Of a stretch of 64,000 nt of DNA, positions 39,555-51,479 are shown piece by piece. Made by a program: the position numbers and the translations under genes. Position 1 is the stretch's first letter, and every line of letters starts with the position of its first letter. A model generated the notes under the pieces. That model did no database searches, was not told the DNA's origin, and was given only the letters and a program-made list of their open reading frames with translations. This DNA comes from an uncultured Alphaproteobacteria bacterium (GTDB lineage: Bacteria > Pseudomonadota > Alphaproteobacteria > Rhizobiales > Aestuariivirgaceae). The stretch covers positions 33,430 to 97,429 of the forward strand of contig CAVWAY010000006.1 of the NCBI GenBank assembly GCA_963753025.1. Reading direction: 5' to 3'.

Positions 39555-40009
39555 GAAGGCGTCTTGTCCCAGCGCGTAGCGCTTTCGTCGTCGGATGATT
39601 TGGCTGCAACCCAGGTGTCGCCCTGCGCCCCGCTCTCCAGTTTCCAGAAGGGCGCCTTGGTCTTGAGCCAGTCGATCAGGAAATGGCAGGCTTCGAAGGC
39701 CGCCTCCCGGTGGCTCGATGTGGCGATGACCAGAACAATGTCGTCACCCGGCAGGAGCTTGCCGTAGCGATGGACAATCAGCGTATCAAGCAGCGGCCAG
39801 CGCCGATGCGCTTCCGCGTCAATCCCGTTGAGCGCCTTCTCCGTCATGCCGGGATAATGCTCAAGGGTCATGGCGGAAACAGCCGCACCTTCACTCATGT
39901 CGCGCATGGTGCCGACGAAGACCACGCTGCCGCCAATATCCGTCCGGCCCTGCTTGAGCCTGGCAAGTTCGGCGGCGGTATCGAAGGCGTGGGGTTGGAC
40001 GCGGATCAT
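39551..40009 (-). CDS. moaE: Molybdopterin synthase catalytic subunit
   Basis: LEHYPGMTE, HRYGKL, SSHREAAF, LKTKAPFWK. Confidence 0.94.
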   Translation of the reverse strand: MIRVQPHAFDTAAELARLKQGRTDIGGSVVFVGTMRDMSEGAAVSAMTLEHYPGMTEKALNGIDAEAHRRWPLLDTLIVHRYGKLLPGDDIVLVIATSSHREAAFEACHFLIDWLKTKAPFWKLESGAQGDTWVAAKSSDDESATRWDKTPS

Positions 40010-40040
40010 GGGGCTATATTGCTCTTCGAGATGGCGGACA

Positions 40041-41925
40041 TCAATTGCCGAACAGGTCTTTGAAAAGTTTCTTGCCGGTCTTGCCGATTTCCTTGAAAGT
40101 TTTTTCGGAAACCCCAAGGTCGCGCAAGGTATCGTAGGCGGCCTCCGGATCGTCAAAAATCCCTTCCACGTCGGGATAGATTTTGGGTGCCTGCCATGGC
40201 CCCTTTACCGCGACCTGAACCGGAAGGCCGGTGGTCTCATTGCTGCCGGTCACCAGCTTGGGATCGAATTTGAAATCCAGCGCCCGGCGCAGCATGTCTA
40301 ATTCACCGCCTCCAGTGACCGCAAAGGCCGGGCCCGAAACCATGACATCAGTGGTTCTGGCGATGCCGTCGCCGATCACGAAGGAGGCTTCGGCCGTATC
40401 AAACGACGTGAGGTTTTCCGGCCCTTCGCCCCAGCCATCGCTCAGCGCCCGGCTCACCGTTGAAAACATGTCGACAATGTTAAGGCCGGTGATTTCGCCA
40501 TCCGAAACCTCAATGCTGAATTTGCCGGCTAACGTTGACATCATTTCCCGCTGGTTATGCCCCGAGGCGGTCAGGGACGCCTGCAGCCCGGTGTTTCCGG
40601 CTAGCCAGTCCACGCCCGCAAATTCGCTGAGAAAGGTTTCTCCCTTGATTCCCTGCGCATCGATATTCAGGTGCAAAACCGGCATGTCGTGGGTGCCATC
40701 AAGGGTGATTTTGGCCGTGGCCTTGCCGCCGTAAAGCGTGGCGTCCTGAACCGCCGTTTCAAGTTTCCCGTCCTTCAAGGTGCCGGATAATTCTGCCGGG
40801 CCAATTTCAGCCCCGTTCCATTTGACCTGAAAGGCCGAGAGCTTCAGGCTGCCGTCAACGCCCTTGAGCCTGTCGAACGCGACGGGTGAAGTGTCCCAGC
40901 CAGCCCCTTCCGTGCTCGTGTTCACCAGGCTTGCTTTCTTGGGTGGCAGATAAGGATCAAGCGAGAAAACATCCGTTGAAAGCGCAGCACTGACATTTGG
41001 CGTTTTCTTGGTGAGATCAAGCGTCATGTCGCCCGTCGCAACCATCCCATCCAAAGCGACGCTCGCCTTGGCCAGATTGAAAACCGCGCCCTTCGAATCC
41101 AGTGCGCCGGCCAGCGAAAAATTCTTAAGGCCCGCACTTCCCGGTGATGTCCGAGCCCAGCCATTTCGCCAGGAGGCGGAGATCGGGCGCCGTGGCGTCA
41201 ATCGCGCCTGCAAGATTGAGCCCGTCATGGGTTGCCAGCCGGCCGGTGAAATTCACCGTGAGCGCCGGGGCAGTGATCGTAAGGTCAAGCGGCGAACCAT
41301 CCTCGCCCAGCCGCTTCAGCGATTTCACCTGGGCTTCGATCCGGGCAAGCTGCTTGTTGAGCGAGGCCGTCCCTTCTACCTCAAGCTCGCCGTCGTCGCT
41401 GATGGCAATGTTCGCCGAGGCATCCTCAAGCGAGAAAGCTTGCCCGTTGCGCTCGTCGAGGAAACTGGCGGAACCCTTCTCCACCAGCAAGGTCAGGGGC
41501 TCCTTGGGGCTCGCGCTGTTGCCGGGCTTTGCCTCCCCGCCTTTTCCTTCGCTTACCCAACTGCTGTGGCCGTCCCGGTCGACCAGAAAACTGAACACCG
41601 GCTGGTCAAGCGCAATGCTCCTGATCTTGAGCTTGCGCTGGATAAGGTCGCCGAGTTGCAGGGGCAGGTGGGCGCTCGCCGCCCGGGCAAAATTGCCCTC
41701 CATGCCCTCGGGGTTGGAAAGGAAAACATCGTCAAGGCGCACCCTGAGCTGGGGGGAGAACTCCAGCCTCGCCCCGCCATTGACCAGAAGGGTGCGGCCC
41801 GTCTTGCGCAAGACATAGTCCTGCAAGGCGGTAACGGCAAAACCCGGCTGGATAAAGGCCCAGGCCCCAGCGGCAAAAAGCCCGATGGCAATGGCCACAG
41901 CAATCCAGACAAGTCGCTTTTTCAT
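40041..41925 (-). CDS. AsmA family protein, frameshift near 41140
   Basis: N-terminal TM, KTGRTL, LSNP, LYGGK, PVQVAVKGPWQAP. Confidence 0.85.
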
Positions 41926-41982
41926 CCTTCCACCTTTCGAAGCGGGATATATTATGAACCAAATTCCAAGCGGAGATAAGTA

Positions 41983-43939
41983 ATGCCCGGCCAACCCCTG
42001 TGGACACCATCGGAAAAGAGGAAGTCGGGCTCAAATCTCCGCCGGTTTATGGATGAACTGGAACGCTCCGAGGGTGTTGGGCTGCGATCCTATGCGGATA
42101 TCCTGGGATTCTCTACGGCCAAGCCGGAAGTTTTCTGGTTAAAACTGTGGGAGTTCTGCGGTGTCGTGGCGGAAACCCGTGGAAAACCCGTGCTTATCGA
42201 TGGGGACAAGATGCCGGGGGGCCGCTTTTTCCCCGATGCCCGGCTGAACTATGCCGAAAACCTCTTGCGCCGGAACGATGATGGCGCCCGCCCTGATTTT
42301 CTGGGGTGAAGACAAGATCAAGACGGCCATGACCTGGCGCCAGCTCAATGCGCGCGTGGCGCAAACCCACCGCGCCCTTGCCAAGGCGGGCATCAAGGCG
42401 GGTGACCGGGTTTGCGCCGTGGTGCCCAATCATCCTGAAACCATCGTGGCCTTTCTGGCTGTGGCCTCGCTTGGGGCCATCTGGTCATCCTGTTCGCCGG
42501 ATTTCGGCGAGCGCGGCATTCTCGACCGCTTCGGCCAGATTGCCCCAAAACTTCTCTTCACCTGCGATGCCTATTTCTATGCCGGAAAAACCCACAGCCT
42601 CGCCGAGAAAATCGCCAAGGTTCTCACCCAATTGCCAAGCGTCGAACAGACCGTGGTGATTGACTACACCGGACAGGCTGAAGCGATGGCCACGCAATTG
42701 CCCAAGGCGAAAACCCTTGAAACGTTCCGCTCAGGCGAAAGCGAAGCCCCCATTGCCTTCGCCCAGATGCCCTTCGATCACCCGCTCTATATTCTCTATT
42801 CCTCCGGAACCACCGGCATTCCCAAATGCATCGTGCACCGGGCCGGTGGCATTCTGCTGAAGCACCTCAGTGAGATTGTCCTGAACAGCGATGTGAAACC
42901 CGGCGACCGGCTCTTCTATTTCACCACCTGCGGCTGGATGATGTGGAATTGGCTGGTGAGCGGCCTGGCCGCGGGCGCCACCTTGCTGCTCTATGACGGC
43001 TCGCCGTTTCATCCGAACGAGCGAGCGCTGTTTGATTTTGCCGACGCGGCCGACATGACGATTTTCGGCACCTCCGCCAAATATATCGATTCCGTCCGCA
43101 AGACCGGCTGGCGCGCCCGCGACACCCACAAGCTCACCAATCTTCGCAGCATGATGTCCACCGGCTCACCGCTGAGTGCGGAGAATTTCGATTTTGTCTA
43201 TGACGCAGTGAAGCCCGATATCCACCTCGCCTCCATTTCCGGCGGCACCGATATCTGCGGCTGCTTTGTGGGTGGCAATCCCCTGGACAGCGTCTGGCGC
43301 GGCGAAATCCAGGGGCCGATGCTCGGCATGGCCATGGATGTGCTGGATGACAGCGGGCATCCGGTGAAGCAGGAGAAGGGCGAACTGGTTTGCACCAAGC
43401 CGTTTCCCTCCATGCCCGTCATGTTTTGGAATGATCCCGACGGCCAGAAATATCACAACGCCTATTTCGCCCGTTTTGACAATATCTGGTGCCACGGTGA
43501 TTTCGCCGAGATCACCGCCCATGGCGGCCTCATCATCCATGGCCGTTCCGATGCTACGCTCAATCCCGGCGGGGTGCGTATCGGCACCGCTGAAATCTAT
43601 GCCCAGGTCGAGCGCATCCCGGAAGTGCTTGAAGCCCTGGCCATCGGCCAGGACTGGGATAATGACGTGCGCGTTGTTCTGTTTGTAAGGTTGGCTCCGG
43701 GCGTCACTCTGAATGACAAGCTGACTGCCCTGATCAAGAAGCAGGTGCGCGATGGCGCCTCGCCTCGCCATGTGCCCGCCGTGATCATTGCGGTGAAGGA
43801 TATTCCACGCACCAAGTCCGGCAAGATCACCGAACTCGCGGTGCGCGAAATCGTCCATGGCCGCGACGTGAAGAACCAGGAAGCACTGGCCAATCCCGAA
43901 GCCCTTGAACTCTTCCGGAATCTGGCGGCTCTTACCTGA
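41983..43939 (+). CDS. Acetoacetyl-CoA synthetase (acetoacetate-CoA ligase), frameshift near 42290
   Basis: [60 protein letters not shown]. Confidence 0.93.
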
Positions 43940-45545
43940 AGTTTTTGCGGTTGCGCAGATTGCGCGTGAGCAAAATGATCGGGATGAGCCCCGCCGCAAC
44001 AATGGTGAGTGCCGGTGCCGCACTTTCTTCCAATTGCCCAAGCGAAGCCAGCAGGAATACCTGGGTAGCCAGCGTTTCGAAATCGAAAGGCCGCAGGATC
44101 AGCGTGGCTGGCAGCTCCTTCATGCAATCGACAAACACCAGAAGGGTGGCCGTGATCAGCGCCGGACGGAGAATGGGCAGATGGATTTCCGCAACGGTCT
44201 GCAGCGGCGTGCGGCCCAGCGTGCGCGCCGCAAAGGTGAGATTGGGCGTCACTTTCTCCAGGCCGCTTTCCAGCGAGCCGAATGAGATGGCCAGAAAGCG
44301 GATGGCATAGGCAAAGATGATTGCGGTAATCGTGCCGGACAGCAGAAGGCCGGTGGAAACGCCAAAGGCGCTGCGCATGAAGGCATCAACTGAATTATCG
44401 AAATAGGCGAGCGGAATGAGCACGCCAATGCCAAGCACCGTTCCCGGCATCGCATAGCCCACACTGGCAAGCCTGAGAAACGTGTTGAGCCGCGCGCTGC
44501 GTTGCGCGCGGTGGGCATAGGCAAGGATAAGGCCGAGGATCAGGACCACCAGGCTTGCCACCAGCGAGAGAACCAGCGAGTGCCACATGGAGTCGAAATA
44601 ACTCGCAGAGAAGAGATCTTCCACATGCCGCGTTGCGAACCGCAGGAGAATGAGCGCCGGCAGGATAAAGCCGAGAAACACCGGCAGGAAGCAGGCAAGC
44701 ATGGCCACTATTCCGCGCCAGCCCGTAAGCGGCGTGCGCCGCGGGGCCATGGGATGGCGTGATCCCGGCATGGTGGATTGCTGCCTGCGCGCATGGCGCT
44801 CAACCCACAGCAGCGCGAAAACGAAGATCAGCAGGACAACGGCCAATTGCGCCGCCCCGCCCAGGTTTCCTTCGCCCAGCCAGGTTGAGTAAATGCCAAG
44901 CGTCAGGGTGTTGACGCCAAAAAAACCGACCGCCGCAATGTCGTTCAGGCATTCCATCAAGGCGAGGCTCACGCCCACCACGATGGCGGGCCTTGCCTGC
45001 GGCAGGGCCACGGAAAGAAAGGCCCCCCACGGCGATTTGCCAAGGGTACGCGCTACATCAAGCTGGCTCATCGGCTGGCGCAGGAAGCTTGCCTGCGCCG
45101 TCATGTAGACATAGGGATAGAGAACCAGCGCCAGTACGATAATTGCTCCGGGAAGCGAGCGGATTTCCGGAAACATGTAATCCTCGGGACGGCTCCACCC
45201 CATGGCATCGCGCAGCCAGGTTTGCAACGCGCCTGCATAATTCAGGAAATCCACATAGGTATACGACACAATATAGGTGGGCATGGCCAGCGGCATGAAG
45301 CAGGCCCATCTTAAAATCCGACGCAGCGGAAAATCATGCAGGCTGACCAGCCAGGCCGTGGCCGTGCCGATAATGAAGGTCAGCAATCCCACCCCCACCA
45401 TGAGGCCCAGCGTCCGCCAGACATAGCCCGGCAGAACCGTCCCCAGCAAATGCGGCCAGATGTTTTCGCTTGAGGCGAAGGAGAGAAGAACAATTGTCAG
45501 AATGGGCAGCGTGACAAGGACTGCAATGAGGCCGGCGCCGAGCAT
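43932..45545 (-). CDS. Iron(III) ABC transporter permease (FbpB-like); true start may be near 45594
   Basis: [35 protein letters not shown]. Confidence 0.9.
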   Translation of the reverse strand: MLGAGLIAVLVTLPILTIVLLSFASSENIWPHLLGTVLPGYVWRTLGLMVGVGLLTFIIGTATAWLVSLHDFPLRRILRWACFMPLAMPTYIVSYTYVDFLNYAGALQTWLRDAMGWSRPEDYMFPEIRSLPGAIIVLALVLYPYVYMTAQASFLRQPMSQLDVARTLGKSPWGAFLSVALPQARPAIVVGVSLALMECLNDIAAVGFFGVNTLTLGIYSTWLGEGNLGGAAQLAVVLLIFVFALLWVERHARRQQSTMPGSRHPMAPRRTPLTGWRGIVAMLACFLPVFLGFILPALILLRFATRHVEDLFSASYFDSMWHSLVLSLVASLVVLILGLILAYAHRAQRSARLNTFLRLASVGYAMPGTVLGIGVLIPLAYFDNSVDAFMRSAFGVSTGLLLSGTITAIIFAYAIRFLAISFGSLESGLEKVTPNLTFAARTLGRTPLQTVAEIHLPILRPALITATLLVFVDCMKELPATLILRPFDFETLATQVFLLASLGQLEESAAPALTIVAAGLIPIILLTRNLRNRKNFR

Positions 45546-45615
45546 AAGCCAGGTCTCGGCAGGGGAAGCCCTGGACTTCTCGATGTGTGGACATCACCGC
45601 CATCCCGCGCGACAG

Positions 45616-48009
45616 TTATTCCGCCAGGACGCGCGTTGTCGGGAATGTGAGTTCAATAAGGGTGCCCTTGCGGGGTTCGCTTGAAATTTCGAATTTCGTG
45701 CGGTTGGCTTCGGCCAAAGCCTTGGTGAGCGGCAAGCCAAGGCCCGTGCCCTGCACCTCGCGGCCTTCGGTGACCACCCGCTTGAAGGGCTCAAGGGCAT
45801 CGCGCAATTGCTCCGCATTCATCCCGATACCCGTATCCTTGACCCTGAGTTTGAGTTCGCCCGACTTGTTCATCTGGGCCGAGACTATAACCTGTCCGCC
45901 CGGATCGGTAAACTTGATGGCGTTTGACAGGATGTTGAGCATGATCTGCCGCATAGAGCGCTGATCGGCAACAACATTGGGAAGATCGCCCGGCATCGCC
46001 TTGCGGATAACAACGCGGGCCCCTGTTGCGGCCTCCTGCAGCATCTTGATGGCATTGTCCGCCGTGTCGCTGAGATTGACCGCGGTGAAGTTAAGCTCAA
46101 GCTGGCCCGCCTCGACTTTTGAGAGGTCAAGCAAATCGTTGATCAGCGAGAGCAGCAGCCCGCCGCTGGAATGAATGTCATTCACATAGCCGCGGTACTT
46201 GTCGTTCTTGATTTCCCCGAAGCGCTCCAGCCGCATGACTTCCGAGAAGCCCATGATGGCGTTGAGCGGCGTGCGCAATTCATGGCTGATGCGAGCCAGG
46301 AATTCCGATTTCTGCCGGCTCGTGGCCTCGGCCACTTCCTTGGCCTCGCGCAATTCCGATTCCGTGCGTTTCCACTGGGTGATGTCGCGCACCACGGCGC
46401 AGAAGGCGGCGCGTGAGGTGAGTGATTGCAGCGCGCCGATTGTGAGGAAGAGGGGAACCGAGCCCCCCTGTTTGACGATGGCGTTCACCTCGCGCCCGTC
46501 ATTGAACACGCTGGCCAGCCCCGGCCCCTGCAGGGCCGAGAGATAATCGCGCAGCACTTTCCGGCTGTCCGGCGCCAGCAAATCGCCAAACGGCTTGTCG
46601 GCAACTTCAGCGATCCGGTAGCCGAAAATCGCTTCGGCCCCGGCGCTGAAGGTGTGGATCTTGCCGTCCCGGTCAAGCGTGATGATCCCGTCGGTTGCCG
46701 TATCAAGAATGGCCCGCAATTCTTCATCGGCCACCGGCTGGGTGTTTTGAACTATCTCAGGCGGAGAAACGATCTCTTTGGTGGCGGGAACTGCCTGTGC
46801 TTCTACCGGCGCTGCAATGGCTGGCGGCGGAGCTACCTTCACTTCGCGCGGTTTGGCCACAGGCGCTGCCACTGGCTTCAAAATGAATTGGCGGGCAGGG
46901 CCGTTCTGCCAGGCAACCTCGGACAATTGCGCGGAGAAGCTGACAGCGCTGCCGTTTTCAAGTTCCAGCGTGGCCACCGGAACCGATTGGCCAAGCGTCG
47001 AAAAATATTTCCACACGGCCTCGTCGTTGATCAGGTCATCAACCGACCCATAGCCGAAAATCTCAAGCGCCTTCGGATTGGCATGCAGCACCTGTTCGTT
47101 CCGGCTGATCAATACCGCATGGGCGAGATTGTCGATGGCAGTGGTGACGGGGCGCGGAATAGTCACTGGCTTGCGCCGCGGTTTTTCCGGCACGGGCTTT
47201 TGCTCAGCAACGGATTCGGTAAGAACCTTGCCAAGCTGATGAAACGCTTCTGTCTCGGCAGCGCCAAGCTGGGGCTTCGCGCCTTGCGGGCGATTTGAAA
47301 TCGTCCGCTCGAGCGCCCGCCGCTCGGTGATGTCATCGAGAAGCACCATGGCAAAAGCCACTGGGTCCGCCGCGGTGTCCAGCTTTTGCAAGGTGAGCCT
47401 GATGTCGCGCTGGCCAATTTTGGTGCGCAGGCGCCGGACGTCGCTCACCGTTCCGGTCGAGGCCAGCCGCGTCAGCAGATCATCGGCAAGCGATGAATCC
47501 TCCACAAGGGCGCCGAGGCTGGCCCGCTGGTCCGCGCCCAGAAGCAGCCTTGCTGCAGCGTTCAGCCGGTGCAGCGAGCCTTCCCGCCCCATGAAGGCCG
47601 CCGCTGCGGGCAACAGGTCAAAGGCCAGCGCCAGTTTTTCCGTCGGAATTTCGCTGGCCGCGTCGCTTGGGTTTGCGGCGGTCACCAGAAGCCCGGCCCG
47701 CCCATCGGCCAGGGCGTGAATGGTGCAGCGGCAGGGCAGCGGCACCGTGTGGCCGGAGGAAGGGAAGTGGAGAAGGGCGGATTCGACCTGGCCGCGACTC
47801 AGCTTTTTTGAAAGGCCGGTGATCTGTTCAACCCCCGGCTCGGCCAGGTCAAAAGGCCGGTCGATGAGGTCAAAAAGCGATTCGCCGCTGAAATAGGCAA
47901 CCCCCGCCGGGTTTGCCCATACGATACGCCCCCGCGCCCCGTCCCACAGCCAGGCCGGGCTGGCAAGGGTGCGCAAATCTTCAAGGGTTGGCGCCTCTAG
48001 TCTGGTCAA
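45616..48009 (-). CDS. Cytoplasmic multi-PAS histidine kinase (PdhS/PleC-DivJ family)
   Basis: PAWLWD..WAN, LDTATDG, SHELRTPLNAIMGFSE, GTGLGLPL; no TM. Confidence 0.88.
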   Translation of the reverse strand: MTRLEAPTLEDLRTLASPAWLWDGARGRIVWANPAGVAYFSGESLFDLIDRPFDLAEPGVEQITGLSKKLSRGQVESALLHFPSSGHTVPLPCRCTIHALADGRAGLLVTAANPSDAASEIPTEKLALAFDLLPAAAAFMGREGSLHRLNAAARLLLGADQRASLGALVEDSSLADDLLTRLASTGTVSDVRRLRTKIGQRDIRLTLQKLDTAADPVAFAMVLLDDITERRALERTISNRPQGAKPQLGAAETEAFHQLGKVLTESVAEQKPVPEKPRRKPVTIPRPVTTAIDNLAHAVLISRNEQVLHANPKALEIFGYGSVDDLINDEAVWKYFSTLGQSVPVATLELENGSAVSFSAQLSEVAWQNGPARQFILKPVAAPVAKPREVKVAPPPAIAAPVEAQAVPATKEIVSPPEIVQNTQPVADEELRAILDTATDGIITLDRDGKIHTFSAGAEAIFGYRIAEVADKPFGDLLAPDSRKVLRDYLSALQGPGLASVFNDGREVNAIVKQGGSVPLFLTIGALQSLTSRAAFCAVVRDITQWKRTESELREAKEVAEATSRQKSEFLARISHELRTPLNAIMGFSEVMRLERFGEIKNDKYRGYVNDIHSSGGLLLSLINDLLDLSKVEAGQLELNFTAVNLSDTADNAIKMLQEAATGARVVIRKAMPGDLPNVVADQRSMRQIMLNILSNAIKFTDPGGQVIVSAQMNKSGELKLRVKDTGIGMNAEQLRDALEPFKRVVTEGREVQGTGLGLPLTKALAEANRTKFEISSEPRKGTLIELTFPTTRVLAE

Positions 48010-48193
48010 TATACCCGCAGCCGGGGTTCACCCGGCCGATCCCCACGCATTTACGAACATTAGGGCCAGTCATTTTCAGCCGGCCCACTCGCAGGCAAAC
48101 TAAATCAATTTTTTAAGATCGCGTCCACCTTTGGTTAACCAAAGGTCATAAAAATGTACAACTGGTTAACGTAGGTTATCAATTCCGCACATA

Positions 48194-48226
48194 ATGCTGC
48201 GGTGCAAGAATTATGTTGCAATGCAC
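48194..48226. promoter_or_regulatory. Tandem PhaR-like operators upstream of the phasin
   Basis: ATGCTGCGGTGCAA (48194-48207) and ATGTTGCAATGCAC (48213-48226), both TGC-N3-GCA. Confidence 0.7.
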
Positions 48227-48290
48227 CATTTTTGTTCTTATATGAAATTCAAGCGACAGACCGCGCCGTTAACCAATTTGGAGATACCCC

Positions 48291-48749
48291 ATGAGCAAGA
48301 AATCAAAATTTGAAGCCAATTCCGAAATGCCATCCGAGGCTCTCGAAATGCCAGCGGAAGCTCTCGAATTCGCCCAGAAGTCCGTAGACCAGGCCCAGGT
48401 GGCTTTTGACAAGGTGAAGGACGTGGCCCAGGACAATGTCCAGGTGTTTGAAGCCGTCGCTTCCGCCTACAAGTCAGGCGTTGTGGACTTCCAGAAGAAG
48501 GCCATGGAATTTACCCAGAAGAACATGGAACAGGCCTTTGCCTTCAGCCGCAAGCTGTTTTCGACCAGGGAATTCGGCGAAGTCGTTTCCCTCCAGCAGA
48601 GCTTCGTCAAGGACCAGGCTGAAGCCTTCAAGGCCCAGGCCGGCGAATTGAACGAAATTGCCGTGCGCCTGACGACCGAAGCAGCCCAGCCGCTCAAGAC
48701 GAGCTTTGAAAAATCCGTCAAGGACTTCAGCAAGTCCTTTGCCGCTTAA
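48291..48749 (+). CDS. phaP: Phasin (PHA granule-associated protein)
   Basis: EFAQKSVDQAQVAF, KAMEFTQKN, LQQSFVKDQ; helical Ala/Glu/Lys-rich. Confidence 0.82.
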   Translation: MSKKSKFEANSEMPSEALEMPAEALEFAQKSVDQAQVAFDKVKDVAQDNVQVFEAVASAYKSGVVDFQKKAMEFTQKNMEQAFAFSRKLFSTREFGEVVSLQQSFVKDQAEAFKAQAGELNEIAVRLTTEAAQPLKTSFEKSVKDFSKSFAA

Positions 48750-48770
48750 ACCGGTTTAACCTTTTGACTG

Positions 48771-48802
48771 AAGGCCCGCGATTGCCGCGGGCCTTTTTGT
48801 TT
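48771..48802 (+). terminator. Rho-independent terminator
   Basis: AAGGCCCGCG-attgc-CGCGGGCCTT followed by TTTGTTT. Confidence 0.85.
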
Positions 48803-48850
48803 GCTTGAATTTGCAGGCGCACCTCGCTAGTTTGCGCCGCACTTGAAGAT

Positions 48851-48927
48851 GCAGCTGTAGCTCAGTTGGTTAGAGCGCCGGATTGTGGATCCGGAGGTCG
48901 GTGGTTCGAGCCCACCCAGCTGTACCA
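48851..48927 (+). tRNA. tRNA-His(GTG)
   Basis: Cloverleaf, anticodon arm CCGGA-TT-GTG-GA-TCCGG, ends TGTACCA. Confidence 0.97.
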
Positions 48928-48936
48928 CTGCAATGC

Positions 48937-50336
48937 TTATCTGCGAATCCCCAGCAGATTGTCCGTCGTGAACGCCTCCGCCAGCTGGGCTTCCGTCATC
49001 ACACCTTCGCTCAAGGCAACCTCGCGGATCGTGCGCCTTGTCTTCAGCGCGATTTTCGCCACCCGCGCTGCCTCGTCATAGCCGATATAGGGATTGAGCG
49101 CCGTCACCGTGACGAGGGAGCCGTCGAGCAATTCGCGGCAGCGCTCTTCATCGGCCTCGATGCCCAGCACGCATTTTTCGCGCAAGGTCACCATGCCGCG
49201 CATCAGCATCCGCATCGATTGCAGAATGTTGAACACAATGACCGGCTCCATGGCATTGAGCTGCAATTGGCCGGCCTCCGCCGCAAGCGTCACCGTAAGG
49301 TCGTTGCCGATCACCTGGTAGGCGATCTGGTTCACCACTTCCGGCACCACCGGATTGACCTTGCCCGGCATGATCGAGGAGCCGGCCTGCACCGAAGGCA
49401 GGCGGATTTCGCCAAAGCCCGCCCGCGGCCCGCTGTTCAGCAGCCGCAGGTCATTGCAGATTTTGGAAAGCTTCACGGCAATGCGTTTCAGCACGCCGGA
49501 GAAGGTGACAAAGGCGCCCATGTCGGACGTGGCCTCAATGAGATCGCCTGCGGTGATGAGGTCAATGCCCGATACTTTTGAGAGATGGGCAATGACCGTG
49601 GCCGGATAATCCCCCGGCGTATTGATCCCCGTGCCGATCGCCGTGCCGCCAAGATTGACCTCGCGCAGCAGATTGGAAAATTCGCTTCAAACGGTCAATG
49701 TCCTCGCCAACCGTGACGGCAAAGGCGCGGAATTCGGAGCCCAGCCGCATCGGCACCGCATCCATCAATTGCGTGCGCCCAACCTTGATGATGTGATCAA
49801 ATTCAAGAGCCTTCTGAAGAAACGCCGCCTTCAGCGCAATCTGGCTGTCGAGCAACGACGGGCAATCCCGCAGAATGGTGAGGCGCACCGCCGTGGGATA
49901 AACGTCATTGGTGGATTGCGAGAGATTGACGTGGTCATTGGGGTTGATGCTGGCATAGTCGCCGCGCGGCTTTGCCGATGTGGCGCAGCGCCATGTTGGC
50001 GATGACTTCATTGGCGTTCATGTTGGTGGAGGTGCCCGCACCCCCTTGCAGCATGTCGACCACGAAGAACTCATGGCCTTCGCCCGCAATGATTTGGTCG
50101 CAAGCCGCCATGATGGCGTCGGCAATTTTGGGGCTGAGCGCCCCAAGCTCGAGATTGGCAAGGGCCCCTGCCTTCTTCACCATGGCGAGCGATTGCACCA
50201 GTTCCGGATAGTGATTGAGCAAAATCCCGGTGATCGGAAAATTCTCGACGGCCCGTGCCGTATGGATGCCATAATCGGCCGTATCAGGTATTTTCATTTC
50301 ACCGAGAGAATCTTTTTCGATGCGGAAGGAGGCCAT
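48937..50336 (-). CDS. aspA: Aspartate ammonia-lyase, frameshifts near 49975 and 49682
   Basis: QGGAGTSTNMNANE, SQSTND, GRTQLMDA, GSSIMPGKVNP. Confidence 0.9.
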
Positions 50337-50430
50337 GATTTGAAACTTTCTGGTTTGAAGGGCCTATCCATAGGCCTTGCAAAAAAATTAAGCAAAGTTG
50401 ATAATTCGCCCGGTTTGAAAGGCTTTTTGT

Positions 50431-50877
50431 GTGACAATTGAACTGAGGCCCGATGGCCGCCAATCGGAAACGGCCCTTGCCGTGCAGCGCGGCGTCGGCC
50501 GCCTGATGCGCAGCCTTGGCTTTGCAATTCTCAACGAATTCACCCTCGCCACCGGACGCCGCGCCGATGTGATTGCCTTGGGCGACAGCGGCGCCATCTG
50601 GATTATTGAAATCAAATCGTCGCTCATGGATTTCAAGGTTGACCAGAAATGGCCGGAGTACCGCGACTTCTGCGACCGGTTTTTCTTCGCCATCCCGCAA
50701 ACCCTTGATCCCGAGATCATGCCCTATGAGGCGGGCCTGATCGTGGCGGACAATTGGGGCGCGGAAATTCTGCGCCAGTCCGGCGAAACCACGCTGCACG
50801 CCTCACGGCGCAAGGCCGTGACCCTGGCCTTCGCCCGCGTCTCCAGCCAGCGCCTGCACAGCCTTTACGATCCGTGA
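50431..50877 (+). CDS. mmcB: MmcB family DNA repair protein (PD-(D/E)xK)
   Basis: GRRADVIAL, IIEIKSS..DFKVDQKW, CDRFFFA. Confidence 0.88.
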   Translation: MTIELRPDGRQSETALAVQRGVGRLMRSLGFAILNEFTLATGRRADVIALGDSGAIWIIEIKSSLMDFKVDQKWPEYRDFCDRFFFAIPQTLDPEIMPYEAGLIVADNWGAEILRQSGETTLHASRRKAVTLAFARVSSQRLHSLYDP

Positions 50878-51424
50878 TTATTTAGGCGCGCGTTTTGCCA
50901 GGATGCGCTGCAGGGTGCGGCGGTGCATGTTGAGGCGGCGCGCCGTTTCCGAAACATTGCGGCTGCACAGTTCATAGACGCGCTGGATATGCTCCCAGCG
51001 CACCCGGTCGGCCGACATGGGATTTTCCGGCAGCGCCGAGCGGCTGTCCTTGTCGGAGATGAGCGCGCCATAAACCGCATCGGCATCGGCGGGCTTGGCC
51101 AGATAGTCGATCGCCCCAAGCTTCACCGCCGTCACCGCCGTGGCGATATTGCCGTAGCCCGTGAGCACCACGACCCGGGCGTCCGGCCTGCTGGCATGCA
51201 GGGCTTCGATCACGTCAAGCCCGTTGCCGTCGCTCAGGCGCAAATCGACAACCGCATAGCCCGGGCGCTGCTTTCTTCACCTGCTGAATGCCCTCGGCCA
51301 CGGATTCGGCCATCCGCACCTCAAAGCCGCGCGTTTCCATGGCCCGCGCCAGCCGGGTCAAAAAGGGTTTGTCGTCATCAACAAGCAAGAGCGTCTTGTC
51401 GGCGGGGAGATTGATGTCAGTCAT
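50878..51424 (-). CDS. regA: Redox response regulator RegA/PrrA/ActR, frameshift near 51265
   Basis: LTGYGNIATAV, PENPMSADRVRWEHIQ, MHRRTLQRILAKRAP. Confidence 0.95.
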
Positions 51425-51479
51425 GACGGTCCTCTTATTGACACTCTTATACGAGTCAAGGCCCCCCTTGGACACCTCC

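Noticed and set aside
48110-48180. Full CtrA box upstream of the PdhS-like kinase
   Set aside because: Only GGTTAAC half-sites and one degenerate TTAA-N7-TCAT; no exact TTAA-N7-TTAA, so not called
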